From Hydrurus foetidus (Eukaryota): a stretch of 64,000 nucleotides of DNA. Both the position numbers and the translations under genes were made by a program. How positions within the stretch are numbered: the stretch's first letter is position 1; each line of letters starts with the position of its first letter. The notes below the pieces were generated by a model. That model was not told the DNA's origin and did no database searches. It saw only the letters and a list, made by a program, of their open reading frames with translations. This document shows, piece by piece, positions 1-10,684 of the stretch. The DNA lies in assembly GCA_900617105.1 (NCBI GenBank), contig UYFQ01000561.1, forward strand, positions 1-64,000, in the 5' to 3' direction.

Positions 1-1422
1 AGATGGAGCTTTTTGTAGATGATCTTACAGATCTCATGTTGGCGGTCTGCAGGTATATTGTCGTAGCTGCCGTAGTATCCGAAGAGGATGTCTCGGAGTC
101 GTGCAATTGCCGCCAACTCTACGTTTGGGTTTTGCCATTTGATCTTCATTTGCCAGTTTTTCAGGGCAAGGTCCAAGTCATAGGTAGACTCTGTGGCGCG
201 ATCACTGAAGAATAGTTTCTTGAGATCGGTGGCCATGTCGCGAATGGACAGGAGTTTGTCGTCGATGATGGGCCAGGTTTGACACATTTTGATTGTGTAT
301 CCGAGAGTCTTTCGATTTTGAAGGAGACTGTCTCGGATCACATGGACAGCTTCGTCTTCGATGAGATCCTTCCAAGGTGCATTAAACTGAGGGCGGTGCG
401 CCTGTGTATAGAACTTTCGGGCTGTGCCGTCCATGTCCTTCAGTAATGTCTCACGTGTTACATAGAACACTTCCTTCATATTGATGAGGGAGGTTGTGAG
501 TGCTTGGGGTGTTCGTTGTTGTTCGAAAACTGTGTCAGTCTCTTCGGTTTTGCGTTTGCGGTTTGAAGTGGCAGCCGCTTTCGTGGAAGCTGTCGCTGAT
601 TTCTTTGCAGCTGCTACCGTTGCTTTGGACGTTTTGGACCTGGTGGCACGCGTGGGTTTGTCTTCAGATTGGACGGCAGAGAGTTGTTTCGCCTCCCTTG
701 TTTTGGCAAGGGGTTTGATTGGCATCGCCTTTTTCTTCTTCGGTTTTGGTGACGGTGGGGTTGACGCCTCCGACTCACTTTGATCTTCCTCGTCCGATTT
801 GGACTTGGTATCGTCGGGGTTGTTGTCTTCCTCTTCGTCCTCGTCGTTGGTTTGTTCGTCTTCCGCCTCTTCCGAGACGTTGTCAGACACCGAGACGTTA
901 TCATCGTCGGAGAGAATTTCCTTCGGAGATATTTTGGTACCGATTGTGTCGTCGCCCTCTTCCGTTTGAGAAGGATTGATATCCTCTTCTTCTTCGGTTT
1001 GGGGTCGGATTGGAGAGCCATCCTCATCTGACTGAGGGTTTAGACTGTGTAAGTCATTTGTCTCTTGCATCCAGGCTGACAAGTCTTTTAGTTCTTGATC
1101 TTCGAGATCAGATCTGTTGTCAGCCTGTTCCTGCAGCACTTCAAGTCGCACGCGATTGCGTTCACGTTCTTGTTGTAGCTGCAGAAAGCGTGCTTCGTTT
1201 GCCGCCAATTCATCGGATATGCGCGTATGGGTGCTCGAGGCTTTGATAGCCGATTTGCCCCAGCGTCTTCATGGAGTTGGCTATATTGTCTTCCCGAGCG
1301 AGACGCTCGAGTTTAGCCTTCTCTTTATCCGATAGGAAGAGGATATTTTGGGGTTTGGAGCGTTTGGAAGACGAGCTAGCTTCGCTAGAGCTCTTTTCCT
1401 TGGGTTTTTGGGCCTTAACCAT
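1..1422 (-). mobile_element. Gag/ORF1-like reading frame of a probable LTR retrotransposon; runs off the left edge; one frameshift
   Basis: ATG at 1422 (MVKAQKPKEK...). Removing one base from the C4 run at 1258-1261 joins it to a stop-free, intronless minus-strand frame that reaches base 1 (about 470 aa: coiled-coil, acidic stretch, basic stretch, then a helical region). The ORF track misses it because no stop lies in the window. The Gag identity is inferred from context only. Confidence 0.5.
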
Positions 1423-1975
1423 CTTGAAAACTTGGCGTGGGAAATCTCACTGGAACTCTGCGTCTTGGACAGCGACGGAACGCGGACGCGGTGATTCAGG
1501 GAAAAGAGGAGTAGGTTGTTCGAGGGTGAGGAATAGTAGGTTAAGGGTGTGGTAGTAGGAGTCAGGGGGATTGGAATGGTTTGGTGCGATTTCGGGAGGA
1601 AATCGCAACAAAATTTGGACGTGGGCGGCGGCTTCGTAAGGAACGAAGCTGGGCGTGGGCGCGTTGGATTTCGTTCGTGAACGAGTTTGGGAGGTGTTAC
1701 TTGCTTGCAAGTTCCTTTCCTTCGTAAGCCTTCGCGTAGAAGAGCTACACGATATTTTGGGAATAAATCGCCAATATTTGAGGTCGCGAACGACTACGAT
1801 TCAGAGGCTGTCGCGTTGACGAGACCTTTGTAATATCGTTTTGGGTGGTTTTCACTCCTGAAGAGTTACTCAACTTGTTGCTCAGACTGTTTTACGGTCG
1901 TTGCGGGATTTTTTTGTTGGGACGTTTGGTCAACTTGGATCTGAGAGATCACTAGCTGGTTCCAAATACCGGTAT

Positions 1976-2192
1976 TGTGGCCTTGCCAGGATCTGGGCGT
2001 TGGGAGCGGGACGGCTGGGAGCGGGAGCAAGGGAAAGGAAGCTGGGAGAGCTATTGCGATGGAAACAATGTGGTTAGCTTACAGGTAAACACAGCAGGTA
2101 TCATGGCAATGAATCGGATGGATCGGATCGTCCTCGATCCGGTCCGAACGTACGCCTGTACCCGTACAGCCCGTACGGGTGTGCGGGTCACA
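1976..2192 (-). mobile_element. Candidate 5' LTR (~217 bp)
   Basis: On the minus strand it starts TGTGAC (2192) and ends GGCCACA (1976), giving TGTG...CACA termini. It lies upstream of the Gag-like ORF, and its boundary coincides with the truncation of the recombinase frame. No second copy lies in the window and there is no clear tRNA primer-binding site. Confidence 0.4.
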
Positions 2193-2194
2193 CT

Positions 2195-2612
2195 ATAGAG
2201 GAGAGCAGGTTCCTCGATGATCTCATCGACTTCATAGCGCACAGCGGAATCACAGGTAAGGATGAGCTGTTTAGCTTCCGCCTTGGAAGCGGGTACTCAC
2301 GTGAAGTTGCGGTCTGGGGATGTCCGCGAGGCTCTCAAGAACGCGTGTGAAGTGAATGGCCTCGATCCGGACTATTTCAATTCACATTCCCTACGGAAGG
2401 GAGCTATCACGGAGATGCGCTGTTTGGGTGGATCAGAGGATGACCGCAGAGACAGAGGAAATTACGCACCCAACTCTCAGGTGATGAATCTCACTTACGA
2501 CTACGGCGCGGGTATTGACCCACTCGCCTCCAACAGTTTAGTAGGCGGACACAAGCCGACTGTTGAAGATGTGAGGAGATTGATACCCCCGGCGAGGAGA
2601 GTCGAGAGATGA
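2195..2612 (+). pseudogene. 5'-truncated tyrosine recombinase, C-terminal part (DIRS/Ngaro/Crypton type)
   Basis: Reads IEESRFLDDLIDFIAHSG...ELFSFRLGSG, then an extra G in the GGG at 2291-2293, then THVKLRSGDVREALKNAC...FNSHSLRKGAITEM...RGNY...MNLTYDY. It has the HxLR motif and a downstream Tyr as in tyrosine recombinases. The first catalytic Arg region is missing. Confidence 0.8.
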
Positions 2613-2911
2613 GGAGCGGAGTGGCAGGGCAGTCCGAGCTGGGTCAGACCCTTGGCATAGTGTTTGGGTGAAGGGAATTCTGACCCAAGGTCCGCCCCCA
2701 GTACCCAAGCTCGGTTCGGCAGTCCGAATAGTAGGGGAGGGCGGACGGGTGAGCCCAGGCGCGCAAGCGCAGCCATTTTGTAAGATAACATCGCATTTAT
2801 TTCCATCGCGGTTTAGAATGATTGAGCGTTCGAGGAGCAACGGAGGGAGCGAGGGAGAACGAAGGGAGCACGCTGTAGGACTGATTCCCCTATAGGGACT
2901 CAACTCAGATA

Positions 2912-5889
2912 CAGTGGGAGTCGCCTAGAAACGGAACTTTGTATATGGCAGAATACCTAATTACATAAACTTCGTCATCGAGTATTTTAATGGCTTTTTG
3001 GCTCTACTGTTGTGTAGACATGATGTTGCTGAACACTTGTACAGAGCTCTTTTTCTTTTTTTCGATCGCATCGAAGAGTTATAGTCAATCGCGTTTGAGT
3101 GGCGGCCAAAAATTTGGGATTAGTATGGTGAGAAAATGAGTAAGTACGAGTACATTCTATGTTAACGCACATTAACAGCTCATTAAGCGTCAAAACTCAC
3201 CGTTTTTATTTTCTAACTTATAAGATATCTTAACTGTTGCTATGAATTAGAATAGGAAGTAATATTTGAGGTAAAACTTGGGACCCAAAGGTCCGAAAGA
3301 TGACTTTTGAATTTTGAAAGCTCTTCGATTTAAATTCAAACCAATGTCATCAAGGTTTTTAAAAGATAAGAGTTTGCGGTCACATTAAGTTTTACGATCA
3401 TGCCGAAAAAGAGTAAATCAAATCGACATTTGGCCTTTGCCAGGGAGGTTGCACGAAAAGCAAAAATTGCTAAAACTAATGAAAAGAATGCGCTTGCAAT
3501 TGAACGTTTCGAGAGTATTCAACTGCCTCCTTTCGAATGTATTACTCATAGTAGTGACGATGAGGAAGAAACAGATGCAGACTACGTGATTGATGGGGTA
3601 CATTGGAGAGTACTAGCAGAAGAACCAGGTGATTCGCTACACCAGGAAGACGAAGACAGAATGAACCGTGAGTTGCTCCATGAGAATGTCGCTGGGAATT
3701 TGATAGATTGCATTGAGAAGCTTGAGAAAAGGTGGCGTGCAGTCGGCGAAAATTTTGGGTTCCATGGGACCAGCAGATCATCTTTCTACAGAAGAGAGAA
3801 AGAGAGAAATGACCTATGCGGAGTAGTGAAAGATGTCAGGAGAATGAGCACATTTTTTTCTAAAGTTTGCAAAGTTCAAGATGGTGTATCGCTATCTGAA
3901 GAAATTGCGACATGTAGCTTGCTACGGAAAAAGGAGCCTAAGATAGAGTCACCTGTCTACAAGTATAGTGTTCTTGAAGCGATGGAACAGCTGAAGCCCC
4001 TTGTGGCTAACTCTAGAGCATCGTCTGCTCCATGCAACGCGAAGAAGCCGTGGCAAATTAATAGGGCCAGAGCTGTCTTCAAATACTTTACTTTACTACT
4101 GGAGGACGTTGGCAAGATAGCAGCAAGTGCAGAGACAGCCTTGGCTTTCTATCCTATGAAGGGAAGCGGATTATCAGCTGTAGTTCGCAGCGTAGAGCAA
4201 GCAAAAACTTGTTACAAAGCAAGAAGTGTACGAGAATGGGCAGAAGAATACTTGATAACAGGAGAGTTTCCAGAGTTCAAGCAAGGCGAACACGCCAAAA
4301 CATTTAGCATCATAAATAATGAGATGAATCGAGCAGAACTTACGAGTCAGTTGCGCAGCTGGTCGGATGCCGACAGGACACCAGACATCCTGATGAAACG
4401 TTGCAATGAGCCAGATGGGCTGCTATCGAAGATGAATCAGGCCCCAAGTCAAATCTCATATAGCACCGCCAAGCGTTGGATGATCGAGCTTGGGTTTAAA
4501 CCCGTCACCGCATCTAAAGGATGGTTTACGGATGCACACGAGAGAGACGATGTTGTGGCATCGCGCGAGACATTTTTGAAAGAAATGTTTGAGTTAGAAA
4601 GAAGAATGTGTCTCTTTGAGGGAGAAAATATGGAAACAAGGATCGAACCAGACTTACTTGATGGAGAAAAAGAAGTGGTATTGATTACCCATGATGAATC
4701 AACGTTCTATTGTAATGAAGGCCGCCGATTCTTCTGGCTAGAGAACGGCAAGAAGAAACTGCTTCCGAAGAGCAAAGGAACGTCCTTGATGGTGTCCGGT
4801 TTCTGTTGTCAATGTCACGGATTTATGTCATTACCAACGGGAAAATCTTATCAGCTCTTCAAGGCCGGAACCGGACGGGAAGGATGGTTTACAAATCAAC
4901 ATTTAGTTGACCAATTCAATGGCTGTTTACCTGTGCTTAGGCACTTTCATCCAGATTGTGATCTCGTCGTCGCATTTGACAACTCGATGACTCACAGGGC
5001 GAGGGCACCAGATGGATTGGATGCTTCACGTCTGAACAAAGGGGACGGTGGAAAAAACGTCCCTCTCATGCGCAACGGATTTTTTCTTGACTCTGAAGGA
5101 CAAAGGCATGAGCAAGTAATGCGAAACGAGAAGGGTGAACAACTAGGACTCCTCAGTATCCTAAAAGCCAGAGGTCGGAAGGATCTCAGCGTTGGTGGGC
5201 ATGAGTTGAACAAGCAATGCTATGGCTGTCGGATGGGTGTGACTGCAGATGAGTTTGGCCAGAAATGCTGTTTAAGCAAGGTTCTCTCCGAGGAACCTGA
5301 TTTTATGATGCAGAAGGAATGGCTTACTGAAGTTGTTGAGTTGGGAGGATGTTCAATCATTTTTTATCCGAAATATCACTGTGAATTAAACTTCATAGAG
5401 ATGGTCTGGGGTTGGTTGAAATCGTACCATAGACGATCGTGTACGTACAACTTCGAACATTTAGAGGAAAGCTTACCAATGAGCATAGAGGAAACAATGC
5501 CGGTTGCATTTGTCCGGAGGGCTTTTCGGCACTGTATGCGGTTTATGACAGGCTATCGAGAGGGGTTGACCGGTCCACTACTGGAGTTTGCTGTTCAGAA
5601 ATACAGAAGTCATCGGGCGATTCCCGCTTTTATTATTAATGAGATCTCCAAGGAATTCGATGATCGGAGTAAACGATAAAGTCAACAATGATGTAAACTT
5701 TCAGGATGATTTTCATGTCAGTAAACGTACTTTCATGTCAGTTTAACGTACTCAGTCACTTCTTTCATTTTCAATTTCATGCGGTCCTATGTCAACCGGT
5801 GGGGCCTGTAGTAATCTAAAAACCGTTTTTATCTAGTGGAACTTTTCCGAAAAAGATGAGACAGTTCCGTTTCTAGGCGACTCCCACTG
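2912..5889 (+). mobile_element. Complete IS630/Tc1/mariner-superfamily DNA transposon, 2,978 bp
   Basis: Perfect 27-bp TIRs: CAGTGGGAGTCGCCTAGAAACGGAACT at 2912-2938 and its reverse complement at 5863-5889. TA on both sides (2910-2911, 5890-5891). One internal transposase ORF. Confidence 0.95.
3400..5679 (+). CDS. DDE transposase, 759 aa, intronless
   Basis: Motifs LITHDESTF (D at 4693), VAFDNS (D at 4978) and YPKYHCELNFIEMVWG (E at 5398; equivalent to the Tc1/IS630 SPDLNPIE motif). HTH-like segment ISYSTAKRWMIELGF. Lies between the TIRs. Confidence 0.92.
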   Translation: MPKKSKSNRHLAFAREVARKAKIAKTNEKNALAIERFESIQLPPFECITHSSDDEEETDADYVIDGVHWRVLAEEPGDSLHQEDEDRMNRELLHENVAGNLIDCIEKLEKRWRAVGENFGFHGTSRSSFYRREKERNDLCGVVKDVRRMSTFFSKVCKVQDGVSLSEEIATCSLLRKKEPKIESPVYKYSVLEAMEQLKPLVANSRASSAPCNAKKPWQINRARAVFKYFTLLLEDVGKIAASAETALAFYPMKGSGLSAVVRSVEQAKTCYKARSVREWAEEYLITGEFPEFKQGEHAKTFSIINNEMNRAELTSQLRSWSDADRTPDILMKRCNEPDGLLSKMNQAPSQISYSTAKRWMIELGFKPVTASKGWFTDAHERDDVVASRETFLKEMFELERRMCLFEGENMETRIEPDLLDGEKEVVLITHDESTFYCNEGRRFFWLENGKKKLLPKSKGTSLMVSGFCCQCHGFMSLPTGKSYQLFKAGTGREGWFTNQHLVDQFNGCLPVLRHFHPDCDLVVAFDNSMTHRARAPDGLDASRLNKGDGGKNVPLMRNGFFLDSEGQRHEQVMRNEKGEQLGLLSILKARGRKDLSVGGHELNKQCYGCRMGVTADEFGQKCCLSKVLSEEPDFMMQKEWLTEVVELGGCSIIFYPKYHCELNFIEMVWGWLKSYHRRSCTYNFEHLEESLPMSIEETMPVAFVRRAFRHCMRFMTGYREGLTGPLLEFAVQKYRSHRAIPAFIINEISKEFDDRSKR

Positions 5890-6258
5890 TAGACTGTAGA
5901 GGAAGAGTCCCCTGTCTTCGTATATTGTATACCCCCTTGTTCAAAACACAAAACACCGTTTCTACCGAACGGACTCCAAACCACAATATATATAAGCGAA
6001 CGCAGATAATAAATCCCAGCCAGCCGGGCAATTCGGGCTGGCAAAATTTGAGAATTTCAGAACCTTGCCACCATCCACCTCCCCTACTCACAACTCATCA
6101 CCGACATGCGAGTTTGACTTCAAGCACAGGCAGACAACATCAGATGACACATAGGTAGCCCAGCCACGAAACTCGATTTCCAAAGAGTCACCACATACCA
6201 TCACAGCTTTACTTCACCAAAAAAGCCTCTTCGACAGTGAAAAACCGACTGTCCCACA

Positions 6259-8408
6259 ATGTCACGCTTCTATGCGAAGGGTCACACAAATGTAGCCACA
6301 ATGGATGAAATTGGCGTATCCCTTGACGTTGAGAAGGCACACGACGTAATTCCTCAGCGACAGGAAATGATTAATATGAGATGGACCAACGTGTGTTACA
6401 AGACATGCGGAATTAAGGGGGAGAAGAAGACCATAATTCACACTATGTCGGGGCATGCTGAACCTGGCGAGATGCTCGCCATTATGGGGACCTCAGGAGC
6501 GGGAAAGTCGACCCTCTTGGATATACTCTCCGGCCGACTAATCTCGAGCAATCTGAGTGGGCAGATCCTAGCAAACGACAGGCCAATAGATTTCTCGAGC
6601 TTCCGCAAACAGGCAGCTTACGTCAACCAAAGCGACTCTCTATTTCCCCATCTTACTGTGAAAGAAACACTTCACTACGCAGCCCATCTCGGCATACATG
6701 GAAAAACTTACGCAGAAAGGGAAGCCGCAGCAGACAAAACCATGCATCTGCTCAGACTTGGACATGCGGAGAACACCATCATAGGCAACACTTTAAATAG
6801 AGGCCTCTCGGGAGGTGAAAAACGAAGAGTGTCAATTGCCGTCGACATCATACACGAACCGCGTATAATTTTCCTCGATGAACCAACATCAGGTAAGGTT
6901 TAAAGCATCCTCCTCAACCACTTCCGTTTGAAATTTATGGGGACTCCGCAAAATGAAAGCATACTCTCATAACTTTTCGGAAACTTTCCAAAGGATTGGA
7001 CTCCGCGACCGCCATCACCGTAGTCGAAGCTCTCAAGGGGATTGCCGTGACTCAAAATGCCACCCTCGTAGTCACGATACACCAGCCTTCAGCGAGGCTT
7101 TACGCCATGTTTAATAAATGCTTGTTCCTTGCAGGTACAGTCGAGATGCTTTCGTTTGTGCGACGTAATATCTTTGTGTCATGACGCATACATAACATGA
7201 CATGGCCTTCTCAACCGCTGATACATACATCTGATAGGTGGTAAGGTGACATACACAGGACCCTCTAGCGGCTTACATGACTACGCAACCCTAATATATC
7301 AGAAAGCAAATCTTGGCATACCAGTAGCCGCCAATGCACCCGAGGTAACACCGCATTCAAGTATCGTAAATGGTAGTAATGAAACGGCACTCACAATATT
7401 GACCTTACAATCGCTATGCACCACGTTGACATGGCGTGATGACTTACTCACGACAATCAGGTGTTCCTTGAGCTGTGCGATTCCTTAAAGAGCTCCAAAC
7501 GCCTGGACCTAGTGATTATCAACACGGAAAGTGATGCCCACAAGGTGGACTACCTCTCTGCTGATGTCTCGGATACCCTCTCTACAGCGAACAGCTGCTA
7601 TTACGAGGTATACCTGCTAATACAAAGGAGTCTAAGAAACACATACCGCACCAGGGTACTCTTTTTTGCCAGACTTGGTTCTGCCGTTGCTTTCGGCTTC
7701 CTGGTGGGCTCCTTATTTTACAAACTTCCCGAAACAGATCGAGGAATAAAGGACAGAGTTGGCTATCTTCTGTTCTCCATCGCTTTCTTCTTCTACACAT
7801 CGTTAGAGGCCCTTCCTGTCTTCCTAGCGGAGAAAGATATATTCCAGAGAGAGTATGGAAGAGGCGCTTACCGTGCCATCTCATACGTCACAGCTACGAG
7901 TCTTGTGATCATTCCATTCCTTTTCGTTCTGAGTCTCGCCCTCATCATACCATCATACTGGCTGGTGATGTTGCCCAATGAAGCGGAGACATTCGCCTTC
8001 CATCTATTGACTCTCCTCTGCACCGACATCGCCGGGCAATCTTTTGCAATCCTCGTGTCTGTCATAGTCCCTGATCAGAATGCTGGCCTTGGACTGGGCT
8101 CCTGCCTATTTTCTTTCATGTACCTGTTCAGCGGACGGCTGCCCACACAGCGGAATATTCCTATATGGTGGAAATGGCTCCACTACATGTCGCTATTCAA
8201 GTACTCCTACGAATCAATGATCATCAACTCCATGGAAAACAAAATTGAGACACCCACTAGAACCAACCAGGAAATCATGATGTCCTATTCTGTAGACGGT
8301 GTTAGCAAATGGCGCGGCATTGGAGTGTTACTCGCATTCTCGTTATGCTGCCGTTTCCTGATATACAAGCTGTTGGTCAAGTACCACAATGGTCGCAGGA
8401 AAGACTAA
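6259..8408 (+). CDS. ABCG (White-family) half transporter, 4 exons
   Basis: Walker A GTSGAGKST, signature LSGGEKRRVSI, Walker B IFLDEPTSGLDS (spans intron 1), TIHQP, and a C-terminal ABC2-type membrane domain. Exons approx. 6259-6892, 6994-7134, 7239-7344, 7461-8408, all GT-AG. Confidence 0.93.
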
Positions 8409-9270
8409 AAGTTGAAAGATAAAAGTGTCCTAGATGAAGAAAAGAGATATCTTCTGCGGACTTTACTCCGCGCTTGTCGCCAAAACGCGGTCAGTAGTTG
8501 CGTATTACAATCACCGTGCGTGTGACCTACCTTACCTAAGTTCACTATAAGTCCTTATATCGGCTGCCGATTGCTAATGGAAGAAACTAGACGAATATAA
8601 GTGCTCTGGAATCACCATAATTTTCACTACCCGCAGTACCTCTTGCATGTTATCTAAATGATTTACACTTGCGCAGCTTTTAAATCGCTCCCACTTTATC
8701 CTACATACTACGACCAACGCATACTTGCCACCTTAATTTTTATTTATTATCACATTATCTTGATCAAATAATTTTATCCCACATGCCACTAGCTGTGCAT
8801 ACTCACCTTTATTACTTTCATAGAGCATACTACTCTGACCTAGAGAATGAGCCGCCCACTTTGTTTAACGTGCTACCAGCTATGTATTCTTACCATCCTT
8901 AATTTTCTCTACATATTACTTAGATTAATAAGTATTTACATTTTATATGCCACTTGCCGCGCACCATTTTGTTTTTGTTACGCACTTTATTTTAAAATAA
9001 AATTTGTAGATAGTCAACAGCGATTTCTGTCGAAGAGAAGACGCCAGTATAAAATGTCGATTTAAAGAAATTCCAGTAGATGAGAGAGTAGAATGTTCAC
9101 CAAGTCATCTGGATTGCTGTGCATCACGATCTAGCCTTGCACACGTCGAATTAACTCCCTGTACCTCACAATTTAATAACACCGGGTTCACATTTTCACG
9201 CATCACAATTTCTTTTCTTTTTTGATAGAGAAATCATTGGGACACCTGCTGACAAAGAGTGAATCAAATA

Positions 9271-9808
9271 CCGTGAGGTGCCCTATTATTCCTATTTTCT
9301 GTTTCCGAAAATCGTCATTTTTGGACATCCTGTGCGCAATTATGATGCCGCTCTCGAGACATAAGCGAGGAGGTGCTGCGCCACAAACTGTATGGCAGTC
9401 TTTGCGAAATCGTCATTTTTGACATCCTGAGCGCAATAATGACGCCGCTCCAGAGAGCTCTCGAGCCTAAAGCAAATGAGGAGGTGCTGCGCCATAAACT
9501 GTATGACAGTCTTTGCGAAATATTTCTAGTTTTTTTCTTATACTTCATTAAAGAGTGATTTTTTGAGTTCGGCACCGGGGGATCGAAAAATTTCAAAATA
9601 TGGAAATGTTAGAAAATATCTGAATGAGCAGCATAGCTTGAATAAGTGTAATGAATCCGAATAAATAGTCAGATTTTGATAAAACATTAACGCCGTGGAG
9701 GTAACTATTTCGGAAAATTTTTCGTTTTATTTTTTTTCGTCATTTTGACCGTAAAAAGCGAATCGTAGTACCACCAAAAATACGAAGAAGAGGGCACCGG
9801 ACGGACGG
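9271..9808. mobile_element. Degenerate non-autonomous TIR element containing a ~100-bp tandem duplication
   Basis: Left end TA|CCGTGAGGTGCCCTATTATTCCTATTTT and right end AAAAATACGAAGAAGAGGGCACCGGACGG(ACGG)|TA form an imperfect inverted pair of about 30 bp. Two related internal units at ~9306-9410 and ~9406-9520. Confidence 0.55.
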
Positions 9809-10684
9809 TACTGACGTCATCAGCAGCGTGAGACTTCTGACATTAATGACAGCAAAATCAACAATGAAATATGAGTCTTCTCCGTGTAGCCGAGTGATCA
9901 CTGAACAAGGTCCCTCATGTGTGAGACACTGGTGCAAAAATTGAATGAAGCAAATCATTGGCTGCTCAAAAATGCACAGCAGCGAAATATGCCTCGTATC
10001 CACTGCCTCACAATTAGCTGGCTGTAGTATAGCAGAAAGATTCCTGTAGTCTGTAATGTTTACCTCTTGCTTGGCTACTGCAGTAGGGCACGGTATAGTA
10101 CGGTATGAGTTTTGAGCTGGCAGCTGCTGTATAGAATTCGGGTCCAAGATCCGGATTGACACGAAGTACGACATAGGTATACACAGTACGACAGTACGTA
10201 GTATGGAATAAACGAAATACAAAATACAAAATACGAAGTGAGTTCATCTTCTGAGGTTTCGGGTTTCGGTCAACTTCAAACTTCAAACTCTGCTGCTCGC
10301 TGCTCTATGCTCTCTTCTTCCTCTCGCCCATTTTAAAGAGGCATTGCATTATAAGCCATTATAGGAATCTGTTGGATATCCTCTCTATAGGTCTCTGTTG
10401 AAAGCCATTGTAATTTGCGGAAGAGCCCGTTCAATAGCTTTCCTCCACAGGTTTTGCGGTGGGTGTCATATACTCCTTCGGATAATTTCACGTTTGGAAA
10501 CTCGATTATTGGAAACGACAACCGCGTCAATGACCGCTGAGATTAGCAACGAAATTTTTTGATCGATGATGAGACAAATGCATTTCTGTTTGATTACATT
10601 AAAGGACTAAGTGTATTGGTAAATTATTCGCCAACAAAAACACCCGACTGAAACTAACTTGTCTGGGAATCGACAGGTAATAGT

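Noticed and set aside
3..1555. Several short plus-strand ORFs and the minus ORF 614-1027
   Set aside because: They are antisense or alternate-frame shadows of the long minus-strand frame.
2634..2746. HDV-like or hammerhead ribozyme call
   Set aside because: There is no room for P3/L3 between the P2 and P1 strands and no CUGANGA/GAAA core. Kept only as an unclassified structure.
2912..5889. Fanzor/TnpB cargo in the transposon
   Set aside because: Only one long ORF is present, the 3' flank inside the TIR is about 200 bp, and no RuvC motifs are visible.
9306..9520. CRISPR-like array
   Set aside because: Only two ~100-bp tandem units with no unique spacers, no cas genes, and a eukaryotic context.
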